A DNA stretch of 64,000 bases. It comes from Casimicrobiaceae bacterium (GTDB lineage: Bacteria > Pseudomonadota > Gammaproteobacteria > Burkholderiales > Casimicrobiaceae). The stretch is taken from NCBI GenBank assembly GCA_036493535.1, contig DASXPO010000133.1, positions 2,407-66,406 on the forward strand. The letters are read 5' to 3'. The notes under the pieces were generated by a model, which had not been told where the DNA came from, did no database searches, and saw only the letters and a list, made by a program, of their open reading frames with translations. Below, piece by piece: positions 25,623-36,160 of the stretch (its first letter is position 1; every line of letters starts with the position of its first letter). The position numbers were made by a program, and so were the translations under genes.

Positions 25623-27427
25623 GCCAATGGTGCGACTTTCACGACCTCGTCCGCAGTGGTGATCCCGGCGGCGATCTTCATCGCGCCCGACACGCGGAGG
25701 GGTTTCATGCCATCCTTGAACGCCTGATCGCGAACCGCGCGATCATCCGCTTCGTGCGTCACGAGACGACGCAACGTCGGCGTGACCAGCATGACTTCGT
25801 AGATTCCGATCCGCCCGAAATAGCCGGTCATTCGACACTCGAGGCAGCCGACGGGGCGCATCACCTGGGCCGGCCTTTCGCCGCGCCACGGCGAGGTGAT
25901 CGCGTTCCACGTTTCGTCGTCCGGCGGCTCGCCGGGCTGTTTGCAATGCGGACAAAGCGTGCGCACGAGGCGCTGTGCCATGACGCCGAGCAGCGTCGAA
26001 TTGATCAAATACGACGGGACGCCCAGGTCGAGCATCCGGGTTACGGCAGTGGGCGCATCGTTGGTGTGCAGCGTCGAGAGCACGAGATGGCCGGTCAGCG
26101 CCGCCTGCACGGCCATATCAGCGGTATCGCGATCGCGAACTTCGCCGACCATGATGATGTCCGGATCCTGGCGGAGCAGCGTGCGCACCCCGCTCGCGAA
26201 ATCGACGTTGATGATCGCCTGAACCTGCATCTGGTTGAATGTCGGCTCGATCATTTCGATCGGATCCTCGATCGTGCAGACATTGACCTCGGGGGTCGCC
26301 AATCCCTTGAGCGTCGAGTAAAGCGTCGTCGTCTTGCCGGAGCCGGTCGGACCGGTGACGAGAATGATGCCGTTCGGCTCGCGCGTCATCCGTTCCCAAC
26401 GCGCACGATCGTCGCTCGTAAAGCCCAGATCGATGAAGTCGCGGACCAGCACATCGGGACTGAAGATGCGCATGACGATTTTCTCGCCGAAGGCAGTGGG
26501 CATTGTCGAGATGCGCAACTCCACCTCTTCGCCTTCGGGCGTTACCGTCTTGATACGCCCGTCCTGGGGCCGCCGCTTCTCGACGATCTCCATCCGTGCG
26601 AGCAGCTTGATCCGCGACGTGACCGCCGTCAGCACCGCTTGCGGGATCGCATAGACCTGGTGCAGCACGCCATCGATTCTAAAACGCACGAGTCCGGCAT
26701 CGCGGCGCGGCTCGACATGAATGTCGGAGGCGCGTTGCTCGAACGCGTATTGCCACAGCCAATCGACGATGTGAACGATGTGCTGATCGTTCGCGTCCAG
26801 ATGTCCGTGCTTGCCGAGCTCGACCAATTGCTCGAAGTTCCGCGCGTATGCGAAGTCGACCTTCGTCTCGTCCTGCGCGCGTTTCATCGAGCGCGCCAGG
26901 TTGTAAAACTCGCCGAGATAGCGCTTGACGTCCTGGGGATTCGCGAAAACGAACTTGACGTCCAGCTTCAGAATTTTTTCGAGCTCTTCAGCGAAGCTCC
27001 GCACGAACGGCTCGCCGGTTGCAACGGTGAGCGTGAAGCGGTCGACCGCCACCGGCAAGATCCGATACCGCTCCGCGTACGCATTGGTCATCGTCGCCGT
27101 GACGGCGCCGAGATCGATCTTCAACGGATCGATGTGCAAATAGGGCACGCCGAGCTTGGCCGCGAGCCACTCGACCAGCCACTCGAGCGTCATCAGCTTG
27201 TGCGGCGGCTGACCGGATTTCCATTTCTGATCGGCGATCGCGTCGAGCGGATGATCGAAGCGCATCGTGCGCGAGCGCGCCAGCGCGTCGGCGTCGGCGC
27301 GTGTGACGAGGCCATCCGCCACCATCAGCTTCAGGACATCGTCGAGACGAAGCTGTCGATCCGGGGCAGCGGTGCGTGCCGACGGCGCCGAAGTCGGCAA
27401 CGTGGCGCCGGTGACGGGTGTAGCCAT
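25619..27427 (-). CDS. GspE/PulE/PilB-family secretion ATPase (orphan)
   Basis: T2SSE_N-like LGVPYLHIDPLKIDL...YRILPV; Walker A GPTGSGKTTT; Asp and His boxes; tetracysteine CPHCK...CLECRMTGY. Confidence 0.9.
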   Translation of the reverse strand: MATPVTGATLPTSAPSARTAAPDRQLRLDDVLKLMVADGLVTRADADALARSRTMRFDHPLDAIADQKWKSGQPPHKLMTLEWLVEWLAAKLGVPYLHIDPLKIDLGAVTATMTNAYAERYRILPVAVDRFTLTVATGEPFVRSFAEELEKILKLDVKFVFANPQDVKRYLGEFYNLARSMKRAQDETKVDFAYARNFEQLVELGKHGHLDANDQHIVHIVDWLWQYAFEQRASDIHVEPRRDAGLVRFRIDGVLHQVYAIPQAVLTAVTSRIKLLARMEIVEKRRPQDGRIKTVTPEGEEVELRISTMPTAFGEKIVMRIFSPDVLVRDFIDLGFTSDDRARWERMTREPNGIILVTGPTGSGKTTTLYSTLKGLATPEVNVCTIEDPIEMIEPTFNQMQVQAIINVDFASGVRTLLRQDPDIIMVGEVRDRDTADMAVQAALTGHLVLSTLHTNDAPTAVTRMLDLGVPSYLINSTLLGVMAQRLVRTLCPHCKQPGEPPDDETWNAITSPWRGERPAQVMRPVGCLECRMTGYFGRIGIYEVMLVTPTLRRLVTHEADDRAVRDQAFKDGMKPLRVSGAMKIAAGITTADEVVKVAPLA

Positions 27428-27529
27428 CGGGTTACTTTACACCGGCCTCTCACGTAGGTCTCCAGCCGACGCCGACATTCCTGGCTCGCCGCTTGTAAAG
27501 ACGCAACAGCCGGTGCAGATTGATTTGCC

Positions 27530-28060
27530 ATGGCGCACCGCACTGAAATCGTCGCGGTCGAAACCGACATCACGAAGCTCGATGTCGACGCGATCGTCAA
27601 TGCAGCCAACGCCTCGTTGCTGGGCGGCGGCGGTGTCGACGGTGCGATTCATCGCGGCGCCGGTCCGGAACTCCTTGCCGAGTGCCGGACGCTTGGCGGT
27701 TGCCCGACGGGCGAGGCGAAGATCACGCGCGGTTATCACCTGCCCGCCCGACACGTGATTCACACGGTGGGCCCGGTTTGGAAAGGTGGCAATGCCGGCG
27801 AATCGGAGTTGCTCGCGAACTGTTATCGCAATGCACTCGCGCTCGCGCACGGCCATCATCTGAAATCGATTGCGTTTCCGGCCATCAGCTGCGGCGTCTA
27901 CGGTTATCCGTTGTCGGAGGCCGTCCCGATCGCCGTGCGCGAAGTGTCGGAGTTCACGCGCACAAAGAGCGATTTCGAGCGCGTCGTCTTCGCATGCTTC
28001 GGCAACGACGTGCTCGGAGCGTATCGGAGTGAGATCAAGCGACAAGGAGAGATGAAATGA
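27530..28060 (+). CDS. macro-domain protein (O-acetyl-ADP-ribose deacetylase, YmdB-like)
   Basis: [33 protein letters not shown]...IHTVGPVW...[15 protein letters not shown]. Confidence 0.9.
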   Translation: MAHRTEIVAVETDITKLDVDAIVNAANASLLGGGGVDGAIHRGAGPELLAECRTLGGCPTGEAKITRGYHLPARHVIHTVGPVWKGGNAGESELLANCYRNALALAHGHHLKSIAFPAISCGVYGYPLSEAVPIAVREVSEFTRTKSDFERVVFACFGNDVLGAYRSEIKRQGEMK

Positions 28061-28587
28061 AGCATCATTTGATTCCGTTGACGCTCGGCGTTGCGCTGTT
28101 CGCAGCGCTGTCTGCGCAGGCGAACGCTGACACGCTTTCGTGCGAAAGCCGCGAATATCGCTATCAACATTGCGACGCGAACACCGGGGGACACGCGCGC
28201 CTTCTCAGCCAACAGTCGCAGGCGCCGTGCATCGAAGGCCAGACCTGGGGTGTCGATGGGCGCGGTGTCTGGGTGAACAAAGGATGCGCCGCGGAGTTCG
28301 AGGTCGGCGGTGGCCGATGGCGTGAAGGCCCACCGCCTCGTTCGTCCGGCTACGGCGCTGGCGTTCCCCGCTGGGCGGTCGGGACTTTTCACGGCACGAA
28401 TGCCGAAGGCCGACCGCAGACGATCAGGATCAATCCTGACGGCGCGGTGACGCTTCGCGATCGCGGCGGTGGGGCCGAACGCGGGACGTACAACGGCGAC
28501 TCGGCGAATCTTCCCAGCGGCCAGGTCGGTATCGATCCCGCGGGGCAAGGCGGAATACTCGTCAACGGACAGTATTTCGCGCGCTAG
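28057..28587 (+). CDS. DUF3011-like secreted protein
   Basis: Signal peptide, then [19 protein letters not shown]...[24 protein letters not shown]. Shares an ATGA overlap with the macro gene. Confidence 0.7.
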   Translation: MKHHLIPLTLGVALFAALSAQANADTLSCESREYRYQHCDANTGGHARLLSQQSQAPCIEGQTWGVDGRGVWVNKGCAAEFEVGGGRWREGPPPRSSGYGAGVPRWAVGTFHGTNAEGRPQTIRINPDGAVTLRDRGGGAERGTYNGDSANLPSGQVGIDPAGQGGILVNGQYFAR

Positions 28588-29146
28588 CGCCGTAAAGCCG
28601 GCATCGTTCTCCGCGGCGCGCCCATATCGTTTCGGGTCGCTCGACTGGGCGATGCGGTTCAGCGGCGAGGCAGCGGCGAAGTAGACGTTCGCGTTACCCC
28701 TTCGCAGGCAGCGGACAGAGCGCGTCGATTGCGCTCGGAATCCGCAAATCGTGTCCACCTGCGGATAGCCCGGTGCGACTCGTCAGCGTCGACCCAACGA
28801 CGCCCGACAGTCGCACCGCCCGCGACGGCGGACGCGGCTTACTCGCGCTTCGCCGCGCTCTGCCCGCCGCTTTGACACATCGTGCAGATGCGCGCGTCGA
28901 GTGACTCTTCGTCGCAGCACGATGCATCGCATCATCCACGACGTCCGAAGCGGGATGAGCCGCTGCGCGAAGAGCGCCTGTGGCGCGTCGGCGAATAGCG
29001 GGTGATGAGGCCATCCGGCGTCGTTGGGGCGAGGCCGATTGGTCGAACCGGGTACCCGCTCGCCGACACGGGTTGCGCCACCCCGAAGCCCGGAGCGCAG
29101 CGGCTCATTCCGCCGTTGAACGATTCGGCCATCCGGACAATCGTTG

Positions 29147-30343
29147 CTACGCCGGCTCGCGTTCCTCGTTCCTCGGCTCCGGCACCTGAAACACCTGGCG
29201 CAGATAGGCGACATACGATGGATCGTAGTCCATCGCCTTAGACGGCTCGTCGCTGATCTTCGCCACCGGCTGGCCGTTGCAGCGCGTCATCTTGATCACG
29301 ATCTGCAGCGCTTCGTAACCGAGGTCGTTCGTGAGATTCGTCCCGATGCCGAAAGCCGTCTGGCTGCGGCCGCGGAAATACTCGAATAGGCGAATCGCGA
29401 GCGGCACGCTCAAGCTGTCGGAGAACACCAGCGCCTTGCTGCGCGGATCGATCCGCATCTTCTGGTAATGCAGGATCAGCTTCTCGCCCCACTCGAACGG
29501 ATCGCCGGAATCATGGCGCACGCCGTCGAACAGCTTGCAGAAGAAGAGATCGAAATCGCGCAGGAACGCGTCCATGCCGCAGACGTCCGACAACGCGATT
29601 CCCAAGTCGCCGCGATACTCGCGCGCCCACGTGTTGAACGCGAACACCTGCGAATCGCGGAGCCGCGGGCCGACCGCCTGGCACGCCTGCAGGTACTCGT
29701 GCGCCATCGTTCCAAGCGGCGTGAGCCCGCGCTCGAGCGCCAACATCACATTGCTCGTGCCGACGAACTTCTCGCCGATCTTCGTCTTGAGCGTCCCGAC
29801 GATTTCGTCTTGCCAAACGCGCGAGAAGCGGCGCCGCGTTCCATAATCGGCGATGCGGAACGCGGGGTCCGACACGCCTTTGATCAAATCGATTTTGGCC
29901 GCGAGACGCCCGCGCCCTTCGGTCAAGTTCGGCGCCGCGACGGTGTTGCGATGGTAGATCTCGGACACGATCGCGAGAATCGGCACTTCGAACATGATGG
30001 TATGAAGCCACGGACCCTTGATCGTGATGTCGATGTCTTCCGTGCCCGCGATCCGGCTCACGGCGATAAAGCGCTCGTCGAGGCGAAACAGCCCGAGCAA
30101 ATCGATGAAGTCGCTCTTGAAAAAACGCCAGCCGCGAAGGTAATCGAGCTCGCGTTGCGTGAACCGCAGCGAGCACAATTGACGAATTTCATCCTGGATC
30201 TCGCCGATGTACGGCGCGAGGGGCACATCCGCATTGCGGCACTTGAACCGGTACTCGACTTGAGCGCCGGGAAAATGATGCAGCACGACCTGCATCATCG
30301 TGAACTTGTAGAGGTCGGTATCGAGTAGCGATTGAATGATCAT
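29147..30343 (-). CDS. pncB: nicotinate phosphoribosyltransferase
   Basis: [37 protein letters not shown]...[10 protein letters not shown]... Confidence 0.9.
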   Translation of the reverse strand: MIIQSLLDTDLYKFTMMQVVLHHFPGAQVEYRFKCRNADVPLAPYIGEIQDEIRQLCSLRFTQRELDYLRGWRFFKSDFIDLLGLFRLDERFIAVSRIAGTEDIDITIKGPWLHTIMFEVPILAIVSEIYHRNTVAAPNLTEGRGRLAAKIDLIKGVSDPAFRIADYGTRRRFSRVWQDEIVGTLKTKIGEKFVGTSNVMLALERGLTPLGTMAHEYLQACQAVGPRLRDSQVFAFNTWAREYRGDLGIALSDVCGMDAFLRDFDLFFCKLFDGVRHDSGDPFEWGEKLILHYQKMRIDPRSKALVFSDSLSVPLAIRLFEYFRGRSQTAFGIGTNLTNDLGYEALQIVIKMTRCNGQPVAKISDEPSKAMDYDPSYVAYLRQVFQVPEPRNEEREPA

Positions 30344-30509
30344 TGCGGGCGGTCGACGCCTGCACGAGAGCGGGCGGTCGTCCGGCAAACGGGTCGAAAC
30401 GTCGATGTTACCCGGTTGATGCGGCGGCCGAACAATGGGCCGGCATCGCGTGATGGCGCCACCTGCCGCACGCCGCTATCATGGAGCCGCCCGTACGAAT
30501 GAAACATCC

Positions 30510-31496
30510 ATGCTGATCAGCTGTGTCGCCTACGAGCACGGCCGCAAGCTCGCCGATATCCCGGTCGAGGATATCAGCGAATACGTCAAGCGCCCCGACT
30601 GCTTTGTGTGGGTCGCCTTGTTCGAGCCGACGCGTGAGGAGCTCGATCAGATGGCGGAGGAATTCGACTTGCATCCGCTCGCGGTCGAGGACGCGCGCTC
30701 CGGCCATCAGCGGCCGAAAATCGAGGAATACGGCGACTCGCTGTTCGCGGTGTTGCAGCCGGTCGAGAAGATCAAGGACGTCGACGGCGACGAGGATCTG
30801 CTGGTCGGCGAGGTCGACGTTTTCGTCGGACCGAACTATGTTCTTTCGGTGCGTCACCGCACCCAGCTCGGCTTCACCGGCGTGCGGGCACGCGCGGAAC
30901 GCGAGCCCGAGCTGCTGCGCCATGGCTCGGCGTTCGTGCTCTACGCGCTGATGGACAACGTCGTCGATCGCTACTTCCCGGTGCTGGACGACCTCGAGAC
31001 GCAATTGGAGACGAACGAAGAGCAGATGTTCTCCACGTCAACCGCATCCACGCGGGATCGGCTGGAGTCGCTCTACGAATTGAAGCGCAAGCTGATGACG
31101 CTGAAGCATGCGGTCGCGCCGCTGATGGAAGGGGTCGGCAAGCTCTACGGGGGACGCGTTCCTCAGCTCTGCAAAGGGACGCAGGAGTATTTCCGCGATG
31201 TCTATGATCACTTGTCGCGGATCAACGGCGCAATCGAGAGCAGTCGCGAAATGCTCACGACGGCGACGCAAGTCAATCTCGCGCTCATCAGCCTGTCTGA
31301 AAACGAAGTGACGAAGCGGTTGGCTGCGTGGGGTGCGCTGATCACCGTCCCCACGCTGATCGCCGGCGTCTACGGCATGAATTTCAAGAACATGCCGGAG
31401 CTGGACCTCTCGTTCGGCTATCCATTGGCGATCGGATTCATGATCGCCGTCGACGCATTTCTGTTCTGGCGTTTCCGGGTCGCGAAATGGATATGA
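30510..31496 (+). CDS. corA: magnesium/cobalt transporter CorA
   Basis: ...HPLAVEDA..., two C-terminal TM segments, and the GVYGMNF signature. Confidence 0.9.
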   Translation: MLISCVAYEHGRKLADIPVEDISEYVKRPDCFVWVALFEPTREELDQMAEEFDLHPLAVEDARSGHQRPKIEEYGDSLFAVLQPVEKIKDVDGDEDLLVGEVDVFVGPNYVLSVRHRTQLGFTGVRARAEREPELLRHGSAFVLYALMDNVVDRYFPVLDDLETQLETNEEQMFSTSTASTRDRLESLYELKRKLMTLKHAVAPLMEGVGKLYGGRVPQLCKGTQEYFRDVYDHLSRINGAIESSREMLTTATQVNLALISLSENEVTKRLAAWGALITVPTLIAGVYGMNFKNMPELDLSFGYPLAIGFMIAVDAFLFWRFRVAKWI

Positions 31497-31500
31497 TTTC

Positions 31501-32502
31501 CTAATGCCGTTCGTCGTTGGACGAAATCGGAATCACGCGCCGATCCGCGAACGGCGCAGGCGGCGGCCACGACGGCTGCAGCGTCACGTGCTCGATGCCA
31601 TAATTCTCGAGCAACGTGCGCTGTGCACGCGCGAGGATCGTGGGCCATTGTGCGCCGTCGGCGAGCCCGACGTGGGCCGACAACGCGACGCTGTCAGGAC
31701 CCATCTGCCATACGTGGAGATCGTGGACCTCGGTAATGCCGGCAACGCGCGAGAGCGCACGCCCGATCGCGTCATAATCGAGGTGGCGCGGCACGCCCTC
31801 CATCAGCACGCCGGTCGATTGACCGAGCAGACGCCAAGTCGAACGGAGAATCAACAATGAGACCGCCACCGAAAGAATCGGATCGATCGGCATCCAGCCG
31901 GTCGTGACGATCACCGCACCCGCGACGATGGCGGCCACCGAGCCCAGTGCGTCCGAGAGCACGTGCAGCAACGCGCCGCGCGTGTTCATCGACGGCGATG
32001 CACGCGACAAAACCCAGGCCGACGCAACATTCGCCATCAGACCCGCAATGGCGATTACAAGGACCGTCGCACCCGCGACCGGCGTCGGTTGCAGCAGCCG
32101 GCGCACGGCCTCGACGGCGATGAACACGACCAGCGCAAGAAGCGCCAGCGCATTGACGAACGCTGCGAGCACTTCGGCGCGCACATAGCCGTACGATGCG
32201 CGTCGGCTTGGCGGCCTGCGCGCGATTCGCGATGCGAACAACGCGAGTCCAAGCGCCGCGGCATCGGTCGCCATGTGGCCGGCGTCGGATAGAAGCGCGA
32301 GCGAGCCGGACCAAAACGCGCCGATCGCTTCGAGCACGCCCATCCCGCCTGTGATGACGAGCGCCCACATGAGCGCGCGATGGGGTGTACGTGCCGATCG
32401 GGCATGATCGTGCGCGACGTGATCATGCCCGGCGTGCGAATGCGAGTGTTTGAGCGCCATGTCGGAGGTTCGATTGTCATCCATTTCGGGCGGTTGAATC
32501 AA
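31501..32502 (-). CDS. cation diffusion facilitator (CzcD/ZitB-like) metal efflux protein
   Basis: His-rich N-terminus [15 protein letters not shown]; [11 protein letters not shown] and HVLSDALGS motifs; C-terminal HDLHVWQ. Confidence 0.85.
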   Translation of the reverse strand: MIQPPEMDDNRTSDMALKHSHSHAGHDHVAHDHARSARTPHRALMWALVITGGMGVLEAIGAFWSGSLALLSDAGHMATDAAALGLALFASRIARRPPSRRASYGYVRAEVLAAFVNALALLALVVFIAVEAVRRLLQPTPVAGATVLVIAIAGLMANVASAWVLSRASPSMNTRGALLHVLSDALGSVAAIVAGAVIVTTGWMPIDPILSVAVSLLILRSTWRLLGQSTGVLMEGVPRHLDYDAIGRALSRVAGITEVHDLHVWQMGPDSVALSAHVGLADGAQWPTILARAQRTLLENYGIEHVTLQPSWPPPAPFADRRVIPISSNDERH

Positions 32503-32525
32503 AGCGAGGCGGTAAAATCCGCGGC

Positions 32526-33149
32526 GTGAACGTCCCAGAACTCGCCGATCGGATCGAGGCGCTGCTGCCGCAAACGCAATGCAGGCGCTGCGGTTATGCC
32601 GCCTGCCGTCCGTATGCGGAAGCCGTCGCGGGGGGCACGGCGAACATCAATCGCTGTCCGCCGGGCGGCGACGAAACCATCGTGGCGATCGCCGCGCTCA
32701 CCGGCTCGCCGGTCGAACCCATCGAACCGACCTGTGGCGAAGCCGGTCCTTTGCAGATTGCCCGGATCGACGAGGCCGCTTGCATCGGTTGCACGCTGTG
32801 CATCGCCGCGTGCCCCGTCGATGCGATCGTCGGCGCGTCCAAACGAATGCATGCGGTGCTTGCGTCGGCGTGCACAGGTTGCGGGCTCTGCGTGCCGCCT
32901 TGCCCCGTCGACTGCATCGTCATGGAGACCGTAGCGCATTCGTGGACAAAGGCGGATGCGGACGCTGCCCGCATGCGCTTCGATGCCCGTGCCGTCCGGC
33001 TCGCAAGCGGCGAGCGGATTTCAAATCGTAATCGGACGGCGCGGCTGTCGAGCGAAGAGCAAGCCCGCATCGACCGGCAAAAGCGCGTGGCCGCGGCTTT
33101 TGCGCGGGCGCGCATCCGTCGAGCCGCCGCCAAAGCGGGATCGCAATGA
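32526..33149 (+). CDS. RnfB/RsxB-like ferredoxin (4Fe-4S)
   Basis: [19 protein letters not shown]...NRCPPGG, then [16 protein letters not shown] and [19 protein letters not shown] start. Confidence 0.8.
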   Translation: MNVPELADRIEALLPQTQCRRCGYAACRPYAEAVAGGTANINRCPPGGDETIVAIAALTGSPVEPIEPTCGEAGPLQIARIDEAACIGCTLCIAACPVDAIVGASKRMHAVLASACTGCGLCVPPCPVDCIVMETVAHSWTKADADAARMRFDARAVRLASGERISNRNRTARLSSEEQARIDRQKRVAAAFARARIRRAAAKAGSQ

Positions 33150-34117
33150 CGGCGACGCGTCTGCCGCGCGCGTCTGCGTTCGCTGCTTTCCTGCTTTTCA
33201 ACTTTTCGATCACTTCGATGACACACGCCGCTGAACGCGATTTCTCGGAAACGCTCGATCAGTCCTGGAATTTCAATGCACCGGCGATATCGGAGAGCCG
33301 GTTTCGCGCCGAGCTTGCGAAACATGTCGTGGGATCTCGCGAAGCCCGCGAGATCGCGACGCAGATCGCCCGTTCGCTGGGACTGCAACGTCGATTCACG
33401 GACGCTGATGCGATGCTCGATCCCCTCCAGCCCGAGATCGACAAAGGGCCCGTGCGCATCCGCGTTCGTTACCTCATCGAGCGGGGACGCATCCTCAATT
33501 CAAGCGGCAAGCCGGCGGAAGCGGTACCGCTGTTTAGGGAAGCAGCCAGCGCGGCCCTGAAGGATCCGCTGGCGGGCGCGGATTTCTACCGCGTCGACGC
33601 GCTGCATATGTTGGGCATCGCAGCGCCCACCCACGAGCGGCTGCGCTGGAACCTCGAAGCGCTGGCGGTTGCCGATGCATCGCGCGACGAACGCGCGCGC
33701 GGTTGGCGCGCATCGCTTTTGCATAACATTGGGTGGACCTATCACGAGCGCGGCGAATACGCGACGGCAGTCGATTATTGGCAGCATGCACTGGCCGCGC
33801 GCGAAGCGGGCGGCGACAAAGCCAAAATCCGCATTGCAAAATGGACGGTTGCCCGCGGTCTCCGCTCGCTCAACCGCCTGGACGAAGCCGAAAAAATTCA
33901 GCGCGAATTGAGCGCCGAGAACGACGAAGCCGGCGCGCCGGACGGTTTCGTCTATGAGGAGCTCGCTGAAATCGCGCTGGCGCGTCACGACGCCGCAGCG
34001 GCCAAGATGTGGGCCGCCAAGGCCTACGCGTATCTCAAGGACGACATTTGGCTCGCCGCGAACGAAAAGTCGCGTCTCGACCGCCTGGCCGAAATAGGCG
34101 CCGCACGGGTCCAATAA
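33146..34117 (+). CDS. secreted TPR-like protein
   Basis: Signal peptide followed by helical repeat sequence. Overlaps neighbouring genes at both ends. Confidence 0.6.
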   Translation: MTATRLPRASAFAAFLLFNFSITSMTHAAERDFSETLDQSWNFNAPAISESRFRAELAKHVVGSREAREIATQIARSLGLQRRFTDADAMLDPLQPEIDKGPVRIRVRYLIERGRILNSSGKPAEAVPLFREAASAALKDPLAGADFYRVDALHMLGIAAPTHERLRWNLEALAVADASRDERARGWRASLLHNIGWTYHERGEYATAVDYWQHALAAREAGGDKAKIRIAKWTVARGLRSLNRLDEAEKIQRELSAENDEAGAPDGFVYEELAEIALARHDAAAAKMWAAKAYAYLKDDIWLAANEKSRLDRLAEIGAARVQ

Positions 34118-34767
34118 TGAGTCCCGCCAAGCGTCGCCTGCTGTTCGAACGCTTAAGGGCGCTCGATCCGAATCCGAAAAGCGAGCTTGCCTATTCGACG
34201 CCGTTCGAACTCCTGGTATCCGTCGTGTTGTCGGCGCAAGCGACCGACAAGGGTGTCAATAAGGCGACCGATAAGCTGTATCGCGTGGCGAACACGCCTG
34301 CCGCGATGGTGAAGCTCGGCATCGATGGGCTGATCCCGTACGTCAGCTCGATTGGCCTCTACCGCAACAAGGCAAAGAACGTCGTCGGCCTTTCCGAAAT
34401 CCTGTTGCGTGAGCACGGCGGACGGGTGCCGAAAACGCGCGAGGCGCTCGAGCGCCTCCCCGGTGTGGGCCGCAAGACCGCCAACGTCGTGTTGAACGTC
34501 GCGCTCGGCGAGCCGACGATTGCCGTCGACACGCACATTTTTCGCGTCGCGAATCGGACCGGCCTTGCACCGGGCAAGGATCCGTTCGAAGTCGAGCAGC
34601 GATTGATGAAGGCAGTGCCGAAGGAATTCGTCGCGCATGCGCATCATTGGCTGATCCTGCACGGCCGGTACACATGCGTCGCACGCGTGCCCAAATGCCC
34701 GGAGTGCGCGATTCGCGATCTCTGCGCGTATCCGCACAAGACCAAGCCCAAGAAAGCGCAGTTTTAG
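34117..34767 (+). CDS. nth: endonuclease III
   Basis: FELLVSVVLSAQATDKGVN...LPGVGRKTANVVL (HhH-GPD)...C-terminal CxxxxxxCxxCxxxxxC cluster (CVARVPKCPECAIRDLC). Confidence 0.9.
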   Translation: MSPAKRRLLFERLRALDPNPKSELAYSTPFELLVSVVLSAQATDKGVNKATDKLYRVANTPAAMVKLGIDGLIPYVSSIGLYRNKAKNVVGLSEILLREHGGRVPKTREALERLPGVGRKTANVVLNVALGEPTIAVDTHIFRVANRTGLAPGKDPFEVEQRLMKAVPKEFVAHAHHWLILHGRYTCVARVPKCPECAIRDLCAYPHKTKPKKAQF

Positions 34768-34769
34768 CA

Positions 34770-35195
34770 ATGTTCGCGCCGACCCGCGACGAAGCGCGAC
34801 GCTATTTCGTCGATGCTTGGGCGAAGTACCGCGCGGGCGCGCCGTGTGAAGGGCTCCAGAAAACGGCAGTCGCGCTCATTGCGCTTCATCCGGAGTACCA
34901 CCCGCTGCTGGAAGACGCCGAGCGTCATCTGGATCGCGACTATGCGCCGGAAAGCGGCGCCGTCAACCCATTCCTCCATCTATCGTTGCATCTCGCGGTC
35001 GCCGAGCAACTTGCCATCGATCAACCGCCTGGAATCCGTGCCCATTTCGAGCGCTTGCGCACATCGCAAGGCGACGAGCATGCGGCGTTGCACGCCGTGC
35101 TCGAATGTCTGGGAGAAACGCTATGGCAGGCGCAACGGCTGAACGCGCCGCCCGATGCAGCCGTCTACATGGAATGTTTGGAACGCCGGCGTTAG
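34770..35195 (+). CDS. DUF1841-like protein
   Basis: MFAPTRDEARRYFVDAWAKYRAG...HPEYHPLLED...NPFLHLSLHLAVAEQL. Confidence 0.65.
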   Translation: MFAPTRDEARRYFVDAWAKYRAGAPCEGLQKTAVALIALHPEYHPLLEDAERHLDRDYAPESGAVNPFLHLSLHLAVAEQLAIDQPPGIRAHFERLRTSQGDEHAALHAVLECLGETLWQAQRLNAPPDAAVYMECLERRR

Positions 35196-35201
35196 ATTGC
35201 G

Positions 35202-35261
35202 GTGCGCCGATTCACGCTGTGCTCGCATCCCCGTGCTTCGCGCGGGGCCCTGCTCGCCGGT
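35202..35261 (+). repeat. REP-like intergenic repeat, copy 1
   Basis: gtgcgccgattcacgctgtgctcgcatccccgtgcttcgcgcggggccctgctcgccggt, containing the GC hairpin ccccgtgc-ttc-gcgcgggg. Confidence 0.8.
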
Positions 35262-35318
35262 GCGTTGCCTCGGTCTCTCTGTACCGTTACGGAGCGGAGA
35301 CTTTGTCACGTCGGCCTC

Positions 35319-35378
35319 GTGCGCCGACTCCCGTTTGCTCGCATCCCCTTGCTTCGCGCGGGGCCCCTGCTCGCCGGT
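35319..35378 (+). repeat. REP-like intergenic repeat, copy 2
   Basis: gtgcgccgactcccgtttgctcgcatccccttgcttcgcgcggggcccctgctcgccggt. A direct copy 117 nt downstream of copy 1. Confidence 0.8.
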
Positions 35379-35385
35379 CGCGGCG

Positions 35386-35712
35386 CTACATCCTCGATTG
35401 CAGGACCGGCGGCTGCCCGCTGAAATAAGCGGCGAGATTGTCTATGTCCTGCGCGGTGAGCGTACCCGCGAAGCCGTTCATCGTCGGGTCCTTGCGCGCG
35501 CCCGACTTGTAATCGCGTAGCGCCTTCGCGAGGTAATCCTGATTTTGTCCCGCGAGCTTCGGGTAATCGGGAACTTGACTGTTGCCATCCATGGCGTGAC
35601 ACGCCTGGCAGAGTTCGCTCACTTTTTTCTTGGCCGCCTCGAGATCGGCCGCGCAGGCTGTCCCGGCTGTGCAGAGCGCCACGGCAACGGCGCCGACCAA
35701 CGACAGTTTCAT
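35386..35712 (-). CDS. class I c-type cytochrome
   Basis: Signal peptide and CQACH haem motif. 4-nt overlap with the upstream cytochrome gene. Confidence 0.85.
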   Translation of the reverse strand: MKLSLVGAVAVALCTAGTACAADLEAAKKKVSELCQACHAMDGNSQVPDYPKLAGQNQDYLAKALRDYKSGARKDPTMNGFAGTLTAQDIDNLAAYFSGQPPVLQSRM

Positions 35713-36059
35713 GGCGCGAGCCTCAGTCCCAGTTGTGCGTAATACGCGGCGATATTGGCCATGTCGGCGTCAGACAACGACGATGCAATCGCGCGCATCG
35801 ATGGATGCGTTCGCGAGCCGCTCTTGTATTCCTGCAAAGCCTTTATGAGATACGCTTGATGCTGGCCGGCGATCTTCGGCACCCGATACACCTCGGGATA
35901 CGCGGTACGCCAGCCCGGAATGCCGTGACATCCTTGGCACATCTGTACCTTTTGGCTGCCGATGTCGGCATTGCCGGCAGGAGGAGGCGTTTGTGCGCAT
36001 GCGAGCGAGGACAGCGCAAACGCGGCGACGCTCACAACAACGAATCTGAGACGGGTCAT
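35709..36059 (-). CDS. class I c-type cytochrome
   Basis: Signal peptide and CQGCH haem motif. Confidence 0.85.
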   Translation of the reverse strand: MTRLRFVVVSVAAFALSSLACAQTPPPAGNADIGSQKVQMCQGCHGIPGWRTAYPEVYRVPKIAGQHQAYLIKALQEYKSGSRTHPSMRAIASSLSDADMANIAAYYAQLGLRLAP

Positions 36060-36160
36060 CGGAATCGAAGGGCCTACGAGGCAAAAACCTGGCGATTTTA
36101 TGGGTTACGAAGTGGGCCGGTCAAACATCGAGCCGCTTCGCTCCGTTTTTCCGCTTTTCG

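Noticed and set aside
27290-27360. Possible c-di-GMP-binding MshEN motif at the GspE-like N-terminus (LRLDDVLKLMVADGLVTRADADAL).
   Set aside because: It deviates from the RLGxxLxxxGxxxxxxLxxxLxxQ consensus: Asp replaces Gly, the spacing has an insertion, and there is no second half-motif. It is mentioned only as a testable idea.
35202-35423. Possible CRISPR or small ORF (73 aa) in the repeat-containing gap.
   Set aside because: There are only two repeat copies, 60 nt long with a 57-nt spacer, and no cas genes. The ORF is simply the repeats translated.
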